The notes beneath the pieces were generated by a model. That model saw only the letters and a program-made list of their open reading frames with translations. It was not told the origin of the DNA and searched no databases. DNA of 64,000 nucleotides, taken from NCBI RefSeq assembly GCF_006345805.1, contig NC_042997.1, forward strand, positions 30,752,001 through 30,816,000. The letters run 5' to 3'. Made by a program: the position numbers and the translations under genes. Below, in pieces: positions 1-10,845 of the stretch. Origin of the DNA: Octopus sinensis (Eukaryota). Numbering within the stretch: position 1 is the first letter of the stretch; the number at the start of each line of letters is the position of its first letter.

Positions 1-230
1 TCACATTTGTGGCAGATACCAGTGTCATGCAAATGGTGGCCAAGCCGGGGACACATAAAAGCACCCATTACATTCTCAGAGTGGTTGGCATTAGGAAGGG
101 CATCCAGCCATAGAAACCATGCCAGATCAGACTGGAGTCTGGTGCAGCCTTTCAGTTTGCCAGCCTTGGTCAAACCGTCCAACCCATGCCAGCATCTACA
201 ATAGATGCTAAATGAGAATGATGATGATAT

Positions 231-620
231 ACTCTTTTTTTACTCTTTTATTTGTTTCAGTCATTTGACTGTGGCCATGCTGGAGCACCGCCTTTAATCA
301 AGTAACTCAACCCTGGGACTTATTCTTTTGTAAGCCCAGTACTTATTCTATCGGTCTCTTTTGCTGAACCGCTAAGTAACGGGGACATAAACACACCAGC
401 ATCGGTTGTCAAGCAATGCTAGGGTGACAAACACAGACACACAAACACATATATATATACATATATATGACGGGCTTCTTTCAGTTTCCGTCTACCAAAT
501 CCACTCACCAGGCTTTGGTCGGCCCGAGGCTATAGTAGAAGACACTTGCCCAAAGATGCCACGCAGTGGGACTGAACCTGGAACCATGTGGTTGGTAAGC
601 AAGCTACTTACCACACAGCC
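231..620 (-). mobile_element. tRNA-derived SINE family A; about 25 copies or fragments in the window
   Basis: Head GCAGGAGTGGCTGTGTGG (A box) and GGTTCAGTCCC (B box), central TA/CA microsatellite, (AAAAGAGT)n tail. Minus copies: about 9107-9490, 10121-10550, 17005-17412, 22586-23002, 29790-30190, 34330-34730, 37410-37808, 40258-40667, 44922-45394, 45598-45965, 47700-48262. Confidence 0.9.
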
Positions 621-635
621 AATCCTATATATAAT

Positions 636-671
<36 letters not shown>

Positions 672-672
<1 letters not shown>

Positions 673-1160
673 TATTTATATAATAAAGGGTTAAATTAAT
701 TAATCAATTAATAATTAATAATTTTACCAAGTAGTTTGGTATGTGAAAAGAACCATTATCGGTAACCTTATACAAAAATTCTATAATTATAAGCATAATT
801 ATAATTAGGGTTCTGCAAAATTTGCTTCACCACATACCGAAATTTAGAAATAGCAGTTAAATACTATTCCACTACCATAAGATATCTCCCAGACAGCAAA
901 ACCCTACAACTCACGCAGGTGAAGAGAAAAAATAATGAATCAACCCAGCTTTGATTAACTATAAGCCGGGTGGATTTGTTATTTTTTCAATCAAAGCTGG
1001 GTGGATTCATTATTTTTTTTCTTTACCTGTGTGAGTTGTAGAGTATTGCTGTCTGCTTATGGTAGTGGAATAGTATTTAACTGCTATTTCTAAATTTCGG
1101 TATGTGGTGAAGCAAATTTTACTGAAATCTAATTATAATTATGCTTATAATTATAGAATT
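672..1160. mobile_element. Penelope-like terminal fragments forming an about 180-bp-arm inverted repeat (about 776-1160), bracketed by (TA)n
   Basis: Arm 776-955 is the reverse complement of about 990-1160. The arm resembles the sequence at 1530-1680 next to the 1704-1793 hammerhead. Confidence 0.65.
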
Positions 1161-1454
1161 TATATATATATATATATATATCCGTCACCGTTACCGACCA
1201 GGCTATCAGATGTTGCTACACATCAGTGGTCACAATGCGCTTCACATTGTTTTAGCCTTCAAATGACGCCACCCTGGTGGCTAAGCGAGCAGGCCGACAG
1301 AAGAACAAGTGAGAGAAAGTTGTGGTGAAAGAGTACAGCAGGGATCGCCCCCCCCGCCACTGCTGGAGCCTCGTGGAGCTTTAGGTGTTTTCGCTCAATA
1401 AACACTCACAATGCCCGGTCTGGGAATCGAAACCGCGATCCTACAACCGGTTTT

Positions 1455-1488
<34 letters not shown>

Positions 1489-1703
1489 GTGTGTGTGTGT
1501 GTGTGGGTATATATATATATATATATATATAGTAAGCAATGAATTGCCTCACCACACACCGAATTTAGAAATAGCAGTCAAAGAGTTATAGCTATTCTTT
1601 CTACTAAAAGGGAGATCTCAGTAAAAACACAGCACTTGAAAGGCAAACCCAGACAGGTAAGAGAGAATGAAATGACGGCAATCTATTATACAATTTTAAG
1701 TCA

Positions 1704-1793
1704 CCTACGGACGTACGTTTCGAAATCAAGTTTAGGAAAGCATAAGAATTAGATACTTCTACCTTACCCAACTTCTTTTCTCATCAGCGTAGG
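1704..1793 (-). ncRNA. Type I hammerhead ribozyme motif in a Penelope-like terminal fragment
   Basis: Minus strand reads CCUACG-CUGAUGA-GAAA...UUUC-GAA-ACGUACGU-C-CGUAGG: 6-bp stem I, intact core, palindromic stem III, GUC cleavage triplet. Confidence 0.85.
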
Positions 1794-1990
1794 ATACTAC
1801 CATATGAATAATGTAATTAATTTTGAGATACTAGAAGGCATCATCTCAACTCAGTGTCAGAGCGAGCTAAAGCATTACCAGTACCACGAAATTCAAAGTG
1901 TGAATGAAAGTTTGTGTCACCAGCCCCCTTCCACCCGCGTGTAGCCAAGACAGATGCTGTGGTCATTTACTGGGATAAAATATGGTTATC

Positions 1991-2195
1991 AGTAACAATA
2001 AAGGGTGAAATTAATTAATTGGAATAATTATTAATTACACCAGTAGATTTCGGCATGTAAAAGCCTCATTCGAGGAAAATTTAAGTATTTGCTTAGTATT
2101 ACTTAAATTTTGCTCGAATGAGGCATTTACATGCCGAAATCTACTTGGTGTAATTAATATTATTCCAAATTATTAATTTCACCCTTATTGTTACT
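1991..2195. repeat. About 95-bp-arm palindrome of a Penelope-like terminus next to (TA)n
   Basis: AGTAACAATAAAGGGTGAAA... is mirrored by ...TTTCACCCTTATTGTTACT; centre near 2092. Confidence 0.75.
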
Positions 2196-2567
2196 TATAA
2201 TATATATATAATAATATATAGATATATATATATATATATAATATATATATATATTATTATATCTATATATATATTATATATATCTAGGGAAAGTTTACAA
2301 AAAAACAAAAGACGAAGACAGGTGGTGTACAAAACAAACAGATGTATTAGTAAAATGCTCAGGAATAGAAAAAGTCTTTTACGTTTTGAGCCTACGCTCT
2401 TCTATCTATATGCATGTATGTGTGTGTGTATGTATGTATGTCTGTATGTATGTATGTCTGTATGTATGTATTTATGTATGTATGCATGTATGTGTGCATG
2501 TGTGTGCGCGTGTATGTATAGATCTATCTATCAATCTATCTATCTATATATATATAATATATATATA

Positions 2568-2640
<73 letters not shown>

Positions 2641-3459
2641 TAGATAGATTAGATAAGATCGTTACCCACTACACATATTTTTTTCTCCCTTGTTTTTTCT
2701 GTGTACCTTTCTAACTTATACTAGTGTCACATAACCAGCCTATTTAAAAGTACTCTTGAATCATCGGGCTTGAGAAGATCTATTGAGTTATGTAAAATCA
2801 AAAGCAAATCAAGACTGAAATGAAAATGGAAAGTGTAGTTGTGGCCAATGCCAGTGTTGCCTGACTAGCACCCATGCTGGTGGCACGTAATAAGCACCAT
2901 TCATGTGTGGGTTGATGCCAGTGCCACGTGACTGGCTCCCTGTGCTGGTTGTATGTAAAAAGCACCATCCGAATGTGGTTGATGCCAGTACCGCCTGACT
3001 AGCTTCCTTGCTGGTGACACGAAAAATGCACCTACTACACTCTTGAAGTGGTTGGCATTAGGAAGGGCATCCAGCTGTAGAAGCCTTGCCAGATCAGATT
3101 CGAGTCTAGCACAACTTACTGGCTTGCCACTCCCCAGTCAAACCGTCCAACCCATGCCAGCGTGGAAAACGGACGTTAAACGATGATGATGATGATAATG
3201 ATGATGATGATATATGATTGCTCTACATTTTAAATTGATGTAATGATTGCATTGTTCAATTAGATGGAGTTGCCTGAAACGATTGTACTGCATTACCTCT
3301 GGATATCGTTGTTGCTTAATTTGATTTTAATCACCTTACTTTGAAATTGTATGAAAAATACCATACTAAATTCTGGTGCCTCAACTTAAGTACCATATTC
3401 ATCTGAATCTATCTATCTATCTATCTATCTAACTATCTATCTATCTATCTCTCTATCTA

Positions 3460-3501
<42 letters not shown>

Positions 3502-3635
3502 ATGCATGTATGTGTGTGTGTATGTATGTATGTGTGCATGTGTGTGTGTGCGTGTATGTATAGAATATAATGTATACATTTATATGATATAAAAGTTTAT
3601 ATTTATATATATATTATAAATTATATAAAATATGT

Positions 3636-3672
<37 letters not shown>

Positions 3673-4256
3673 AAAGTAATTACATTTAATTCATAATAGC
3701 GAAACAATTGTCCAAAATATCTGTATTTTGTTATTTTTATTGCCCGTCCGTGGAGCTAACAATCGTACTGACTTTCAGGAAACATGTATTTTTGTGATTG
3801 AAACCTTTTGGATTACTGGTGATAGAGTGAGCCATATAGTGACCATCTCTTATATTTATTTTGTAAAATCTATATATAATCAGGTTTCTCGGAGCACTAG
3901 GCCATTGGTGTTGAATAGATATACTATTAAATTAGTATCTAATTCCTCACCCTTATTAATTAATTATATATATTATATACACACACACATTTTACCCACG
4001 CACATAAGTAAGTATGTATGTATAATAGAGATTAACCAATCAGAAATTAGTGCATATCCTACGTAAGCTTTGATATTAAAGTAAAATTGTTTGGGAAATA
4101 AAAACAAACGTTTCTGTCACCTTAAATGCATTCTCTCTCTCTCTCTCTCATTCGTTGAACACTATTATGCTTTAATTGACGGGCGTTTTAAATTCATTCT
4201 TGATTGAAAATCTTCCACTTTAATTGTAATTGAAAGCCAAACATTTTATAATGCAG

Positions 4257-4433
4257 CAGGAAAAGAAGAAACTTGCCTTTGCGGGTAACAAGGAAGGTAT
4301 TGCAGTTTTAACAAATGACCAGCAACTTTTCATTATGGATCAGGTGAAATCGAATGCTATGTCCGTAGATAATGCCTTGAAAATGGCTAAACAACTCTCT
4401 GAGGAATCGCAAGATGTACTGCCAGAACTCAGG
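4257..4433 (+). CDS. Candidate exon 1 of the multi-PH gene (QEKKKLAFAGNKEGIAVLTNDQQLFIMDQVKSNAMSVDNALKMAKQLSEESQDVLPELR), phase 0 to 0
   Basis: Open, non-repetitive, GC-enriched block inside ORF 4230..4442. NAGNAG acceptor tgCAG/CAG at 4254-4259. Followed by GCAAGT at 4434 (GC donor) and an AT-rich intron. Phase-compatible with exon 27351. Alternative GT donor CAG|GTGAAA near 4343. Confidence 0.6.
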
Positions 4434-4572
4434 GCAAGTTGAAATCTTTATTTTCCTTTTTAATTAATTTATTTTTTATTTCAGTGTATATCAGTGTATC
4501 GATCTATGATCGAAGGCATTCTAGTCGTGATCATTCCGCCTTTTTTTTAGGGAGTATATAAAACTGGTCCTA

Positions 4573-6710
4573 CTTAAGAAGAGTGGTCCCGGTGCGCGCA
4601 CTCGCGTACTCGCGCATCCGCGCTAGCTAGTCGTGGCTAGTCGATCCTTACTTTGTGTTTTTATTTACTTTGTTTAAAAGAAAATTATTTACCTGGTAGT
4701 TTTGTGTTTTATTTACTTTGCTAGGTAGTCGTTGTAGGATCGACTAGTCACGACTAGCTAGCACGGATGCGCGAGTACGCGAGTGCGTGCACCGGGACCA
4801 CTCTTCTTAATTAGTACCTGTTAATTCGTCTTTTCCTCTCCCAAGGTGGCCACGATTTGAGCGATATTTTGTTGCTTCCGCCGAGGTCGACTTTGCCTTT
4901 CATCCTTTCGGGGTCGATAAATTAAGTACCAGTTACGCACTGAGGTCGATGTAATCGACTTAATACCTATGTCTGTCCTTGTTTGTCTCCTCTATGTTTA
5001 GCCCCTTGTGGGTAGTAAAGAAATAGGTACTCCTTTGAATTACGCCAGTTGCGTCACTCCGTATATGAACAGCCGGCATATCTGTACAAGTGTGTCCCCA
5101 CCTCGACGTTTATTTCCTTATAGCACCCAAAAAATATGAATATTTTATGATGAAATTTTCTGCAAATACGCTTCAGATGGTGTAGATTCCAATTATATCA
5201 GAATTCATCGTGAAAACATTTTTTCCATGGGTGGGGAGAGGAGTTTCGGAAAATTCACCTGTTTCGGAAAATTCACCTGAGTCGGCTTCGTTTCCTCATA
5301 ACTTTCAGAAAAATGGGTATTTTTTAATGAAATTTTCTACAAATATCTTTTAGAGTGTATAAATTATGATCATATCGGAATTTAATATGGGGGGAAAAAA
5401 AGGTGTGTTGGCACATATACATACTGATACACATCACGATGAAACTTTAGATTTTTGAAGTTTTCACAAAAAATTCCGATACAATCAAAAATGGTTTTTG
5501 AACAACTAAATGACCAACACTTCTACAAAATGTCAGAAATCTAGGAAAGACTTCCACCTGTCCCCTCCCCATTTCCTCCCAAATTTGTTTAGTTTTGTAA
5601 TATTTTTTTTTTTTTCAAAACATCCCCGTTTTCGAATACGGAGGTTCCGGAAAACTGCCAAAAATCGGCATTAGGAAATTCCCTCTTTCCCCAGCAACTT
5701 CTTCAATTTTGACTTTTCCCCCAACACTAACCCTAAAACCCTAACCCTAACCCTAAAACTCTCGGTACTACAAAAAAATAATGGTCCCGGTGCACGCACT
5801 CGCATACTCGCGCATCCGTGCTAGCTAGTCGTGACTAGTTGATCCTACAACGACTACCTAGCAAAGTAAATAAAACACAAACTAAATAATTTTTTTACAC
5901 AAAGTAAGGCGCAGGAGTGGCTGTGTGGTAAGTAGCTTGTTACACCACATGGTTCCGGGTTCAGTCCCACTGCGTGGCATCTTGGCAAGTGTCTTCTGCT
6001 ATAGCCCCGGGCCGACCAATGCCTTGTGAGTGGATTTGGTAGACGGAAACTGAAAGAAGCCCGTCGTATAATATATATATGTATGTGTGTCTGTGTTGGT
6101 CCCCCTAGCATTGCTTGACAAGCGATGTTATGTCCCCGTCACTTAGCAGTTTTCGGCAAAAGACCGATAGAATAGTACGGGGCTTACACAAGTATAAGTC
6201 CGGGTCGAGTTGCTCGACTAAAGGGGTGCTCCAGCATGGCCACAGTCAATGACTGAAACAAGTAAAAGAGTAAAGTAAATAATTTTTTTAAAACAAAATA
6301 AATAAAACAAAAACACAAAGTAAGGATTGACTAGTCACGACTAGCTAGCGCAGATGCGTGAGTACACGAGTGCGCACACCGGGACCACTTTTCTTAAGTA
6401 GTACCCACTTCTACAAAATGTCCCGCCTGTCCCAACCCCATTTTCTCCCAAATTTGTTTACTTTTGTAATTTTTTTTTTTTGCTAAAAATCCCTGTTTTC
6501 CGGATACGGAGGTTCCGGAAAAATCGCCAAAAATCGGCATTGTGAATTTCCCTCCTCCTCCCCACCCCAACTTCTTCAATTTTGACTTTTTTCCCCAACA
6601 CTAACCCTAACCCTGCCACTCTAACCCTAAAACCCCCACCCTAACCCTAAAACCCTAACCCTAACCCTAATTCTAACCCTAGCCCTAACCCTAAAATTGT
6701 AACCACGAGT
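4573..6710. mobile_element. Composite DNA-element cluster: two copies of a fold-back unit, two direct copies of a unit ending in (CCCTAA)n, and nested SINEs
   Basis: About 75-bp GC-rich inverted arms at 4573-4648/4737-4810 and about 5782-5847/6324-6397. Direct repeats about 5518-5760 and 6406-6695 end in degenerate CCCTAA arrays. Confidence 0.75.
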
Positions 6711-7013
6711 ACAGAAATATTTTGAAATTTTTGTCTGAATCATGATGTCCGTATTTTTCCACATATTTAGCAAAAAAAAAATGAAAATAGCACTTGGTAT
6801 ACTATGTGAAGCAGTGGGTATTAAGAAAGGCATTCAGGTGCAGAAAATATGCCAAATAGATTTCAGGGTATGACACAATCCTCCAACTCATCACATCCTG
6901 TTGAATTATCTATATTCATTCATGCGCATATATATATAGATGTGTGTATTTTTCATTTGTTAACAAATAACACGGAAAAAAATACATCCTGTTTTATTGA
7001 TGAGTTTTATTTC

Positions 7014-7108
7014 TTTACTTACCTGAAGAGAAGATCACGTTGTTTTACACCATTTCATTCCTTTGGAATAATACCAGTGATATCTTCGAAACATGTGTCG
7101 GAAGTAAA
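7014..7108 (+). ncRNA. Type I hammerhead ribozyme motif
   Basis: UUUACUUAC-CUGAAGA-GAAGAUCAC...GUGAUAUCUUC-GAA-ACAUGUGU-C-GGAAGUAAA: stem I 9 bp with 1 mismatch, bulged stem II, GUC site. Confidence 0.8.
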
Positions 7109-7321
7109 AGAATTTGAATAACACCTGCGTTTAACTCCATTTTTATATAATATATATATATATATATATATATTATTATATTATATAAGTGTAATAAGTA
7201 AAATATATGCATACATACAAACTATATGTACGTACCTACATTTACTTTCAATTTAGCATTTTGCCTCGTTATTTCTCCACGTGCAGTTAACACAACCCAC
7301 CATTTACTGACTTGTATATAT

Positions 7322-7976
7322 ATATATATACGTTTGCCAGCTCTGCCTGGCCCCGTGTCGGTGGCACGTAAAAGCACCATCCGTTCGTGTTCGTTGCCAG
7401 CCTCGCCTGGCCCCGTGCCGGTGACACGTAAAAGCACCGTCCGTTCGTGGCCGTTTGCCAGCTCTGTCTGGCCCCGTGTCGGTGGCACGTAAAAGCACCA
7501 TCCGTTCGTGGCCGTTTGCCAGCTCTGTCTGGCAACCGTGTCGGTGGCACGTAAAAGCACCATCCGTTCGCATCGTTGCCAGCCTCGGCTGGCCCCCGTG
7601 CCGGTGACACGTAAAAGCACCGTCCGTTCGTGGCCGGTTGCCTGCTTCTGTCTGGCCCCATGTCGGTGGCACGTAAAAGCACCATCCGTTCGTGTCCGTT
7701 GCCAGCATCGCCTGGCCCCGTGCCGGTGACACTTAAAGCACCATCCGTTCGTGGCCGTTCGCCAGCTCTGTCTGGCACCTGTGCAGGTGGCACGTAAAAA
7801 ACACCCACCCACTCGCGGAGTGGTTGGCGTTAGGAAGGGCATCCAGCCGTAGAAACACTGCCAGATCTGACTGGGCCTGACGAAGCCTTCCAGCTTCACA
7901 GACCCCAGTTGACCCGTCCAACCCATGCTAGCATGGAAAGCGGACGCTAAACGATGATGATGATGATGATGATGAT
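7322..7976 (+). mobile_element. SINE/LINE-tail family B with (GAT)n 3' tail and an internal about 60-bp tandem array
   Basis: Ends GAAAGCGGACGCTAAACGATGATGATG. Other copies: about 1-228, 2820-3212, 9830-10030, 11567-12240, 12940-13170, 14947-15540, 16070-16380, 18375-18527, 19290-19432, 32915-33260, 34960-35229, 35716-36100, 36883-37200, 39030-39300, 46178-46740, 63640-64000. Confidence 0.85.
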
Positions 7977-7989
7977 ATGATATATATTA

Positions 7990-8024
<35 letters not shown>

Positions 8025-8252
8025 CTTTATTTAAAGCAGCAGAAATTCAACAAAACCTGTTACTCTGAGTTTCCGTTGTGCCGTTCATCGGACAGTTTTT
8101 GCTAGAAAAAACTGTCCGATGAACGGCAACAGGAAACTCAGAGTAACAGGTTCTGTTGAATTTTCTGCTGCTTTAAATAAAGCATATTACTCTACCACTG
8201 GTATTTGAGTACTCTTTTTTCCACCTTGTTTCACATTTATGTGTTTACTCCA

Positions 8253-8253
<1 letters not shown>
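8025..8253. mobile_element. Head-to-head Penelope-like termini (palindrome 8025-8182) with variant hammerhead-like motifs; relatives at about 56505-56660 and 59270-59390
   Basis: About 75-bp inverted arms centred near 8103. The shared tail CATATTACTCTACCACTGGTATTTGAGTACTC is seen reversed at about 56540 and 59310. Flanked by (TA)n. Confidence 0.75.
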
Positions 8254-8294
<41 letters not shown>

Positions 8295-8463
8295 TCGGTT
8301 TAAGTGATTGAGATTCAAGTGAATTCTAATGAATTCACATGAAGATGGTCCTTAACTAGGATGCACCGGAAATCTATATAGTGTTAACCATACGACAAGT
8401 GGGGTGATTACAAATAGGAAAAAAGCAACAAGAATGGATTAAAATCCATTCTTATTGCTTTTT

Positions 8464-8496
<33 letters not shown>

Positions 8497-10845
8497 TACC
8501 AGAGGGAATGAATTAGAATGTTTAGCATTTAAACTGGCCATATCTGGCCCAAATGTTGTACCTGTTTTATATTCAAACTGACCAAATCCAGCTTTTCACA
8601 CCTACCCTGCAATGTCATTCTAGAATTAAAGAATCACATCATCAAAAGTTCAAAGCTATGGATATAATGCATGATTAACTCAAAACAATATGAACGAATA
8701 AACTTTATATTTGACATAGTGAAGGTGCATGGTTTAATGGTTAGGGTATTCGGCTCTCAATCTTAAGGTCAGGAGTTCAATTCCCAGTGACACATTGTGT
8801 CCTTGAGCAAGACACTTTATTTCCATGTTTCTCCAGTTCGCTCAGCTGGCAAAATTGAGTAGTACCTGTATTTCAAAGAGCCTTGTCACATTCTGAATAT
8901 CCCCGAGAACTATGTCAAGGGTTCACTGAATATCCTTGAGAACTACGTTAGGGGTACACATGTCTGTGGAGTGCTCAACCACTTGCTCATTAATTTCACA
9001 AGCAGACTGTTCTGTTGATTGGATTAACCAGAATCCTTATTGTTGTAAGTGATGGAGTGCCATGTTTGGCAGAAAAATCTGAATACTAAAGGATTAAAAT
9101 GTGCTTTTATTCTTTTACTTGTTTCAGTCATTTGACTGCGGCCATGCTGGAGCACCGCCTTTAATCAAGCAACTCGACCCCGGGACTTATTCTTTTGTAA
9201 GCCCAGTACTTATTCTATCAGTCTCTTTTGCCGAAACGCTAAGTAACGGGGGCATAAACACACCAGCATTGGTTGTCAAGCAATGCTAGGGGGACAAACA
9301 CACACACATACATACATATATATATATGTATAAATATATACGATGGGCTTCTTTCAGTTTCCGTCTACCAAATCCACTCACAAGGCTTTGGTCGGTCCGA
9401 GGCTATAGTAGAAGACACTTGCCCAAGTTGCCACGCAGTGGGACTGAACCATGTGGTTGGTAAACAAGCTACTTACCACACAGCCACTCCTTTTTTTTAA
9501 TTTTTTCTGATCTAATGGTTTACCTGTGCTGGGTTCACTTGTAAGGTGCTGATAGTTTTATGATGAGCTATTTTATTTATATGCATATCACCTAAGATGT
9601 TTGGAACTTATACAAATGCATATAGACAGAAAAATATATAGGTATATACATATAACTGTGTATGTTACATGGGTATTCAGATTTGTATCTATATACTCAC
9701 CTACTTTGATGTACCTAAACATATGTACACACTCATACACACATGAACATTTTCCTTTACACACATGTATACACACTTAATTGCATATATTTTAAAATAT
9801 CTTTTGAAAAATTTATTAACACAATTGCATCATCACCATCATCATCATTATCATTTAACGTCTGCTTTCCATGCTGGCATGGGTTGGACGGTTTGACTGG
9901 ATCTGGTAAACCAGAGATCTGCACCAGGTTCCAGTCTGATTTGGCATGGTTTCTACGGCGGGACGCCCTTCTTGAGACCAACCATTGTGAGAGTGTGACG
10001 GGTGCTTTTTACGCTCCACTGGCATGGGTATCATTTACATGACATTGATAATGGCTATGATTATGATTTCACATGACACTGACAATAGCCTTACACTGGC
10101 AACATCACCTAAGATTTTCTTATACTCTCTCTTTACTCTTTTACTTGTTTCAGTCATTTGACTGCGGCCATGCTGGAGCACCGCCTTTAGTCGAACAAAT
10201 CGACCCCGGGACTTATTCTTTGTAAGCCCAGTACTTATTCTATTGGTCTCTTTTGCCGAACCACTAAGTGACGGGGACATAAACACACTAGCATCGGTTG
10301 TCAGGCGATGTTGGGGGACATACAGACACACAAACATATACACACACATACACAAATATATATATATATATACACATATAAATATATACGACGGGCTTCT
10401 TTCAGTTTCCATCTACCAAATCCACTCACAAGGCTTTGGTTGGCCTGAAGCTATAGTAGAAGACACTTGCCCAAGGTGCCACGCAGTGGGACTGAACCCG
10501 GAACCATGTGGTTGGTAAGCAAGCTACTTACCACACAGCCACTCCTGCGCCTATTGAAAATTATATTGAAAATTATTAATTATGTTTAAAAAATCTTTAG
10601 AAAAAAAAGAAAGAAATGGAAACCTGATCGAAGTTTTTGTGTTTGGTACATTTCACAGTTTTTATCTTTATGCCATTTTATAGAAGTCTATAAGGATTAC
10701 CTTGTAATACATGTTTGAAAAGCTGTAAATAGCAAAAAGCACTTTAAAAAAATTCCCTCCAGTAGGTTTGTGTGTATTTTCTGTTTTTAAAGATTTCTTT
10801 GTATAATTAATCATTTTTAATTTAAGAAAATTTTTATTCTTAATA

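Noticed and set aside
406-642. Recurring ORFs such as MSSNARGTNT...YDGLLSVSVYQIHSQG, LQLDALPNANHS and the ATNGWCFYVPP repeats
   Set aside because: Spurious frames of SINE families A and B, repeated at many loci with variable stops.
2105-2150. CGAAUGA-GGCAU/AUGCC-GAAA motif in the palindrome arms
   Set aside because: Stem II and GAAA are present, but the core is non-canonical and I find no stem I or NUH site.
5730-5760. Telomeric repeats as evidence of a chromosome end or fusion (also 6600-6695 and 28902-28936)
   Set aside because: They are short, degenerate and embedded in repeated TIR or direct-repeat units inside introns.
10684-10765. Exon-like block with AG acceptor and AG|GTTTGT donor
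   Set aside because: Stop codons in all three frames over the full block.
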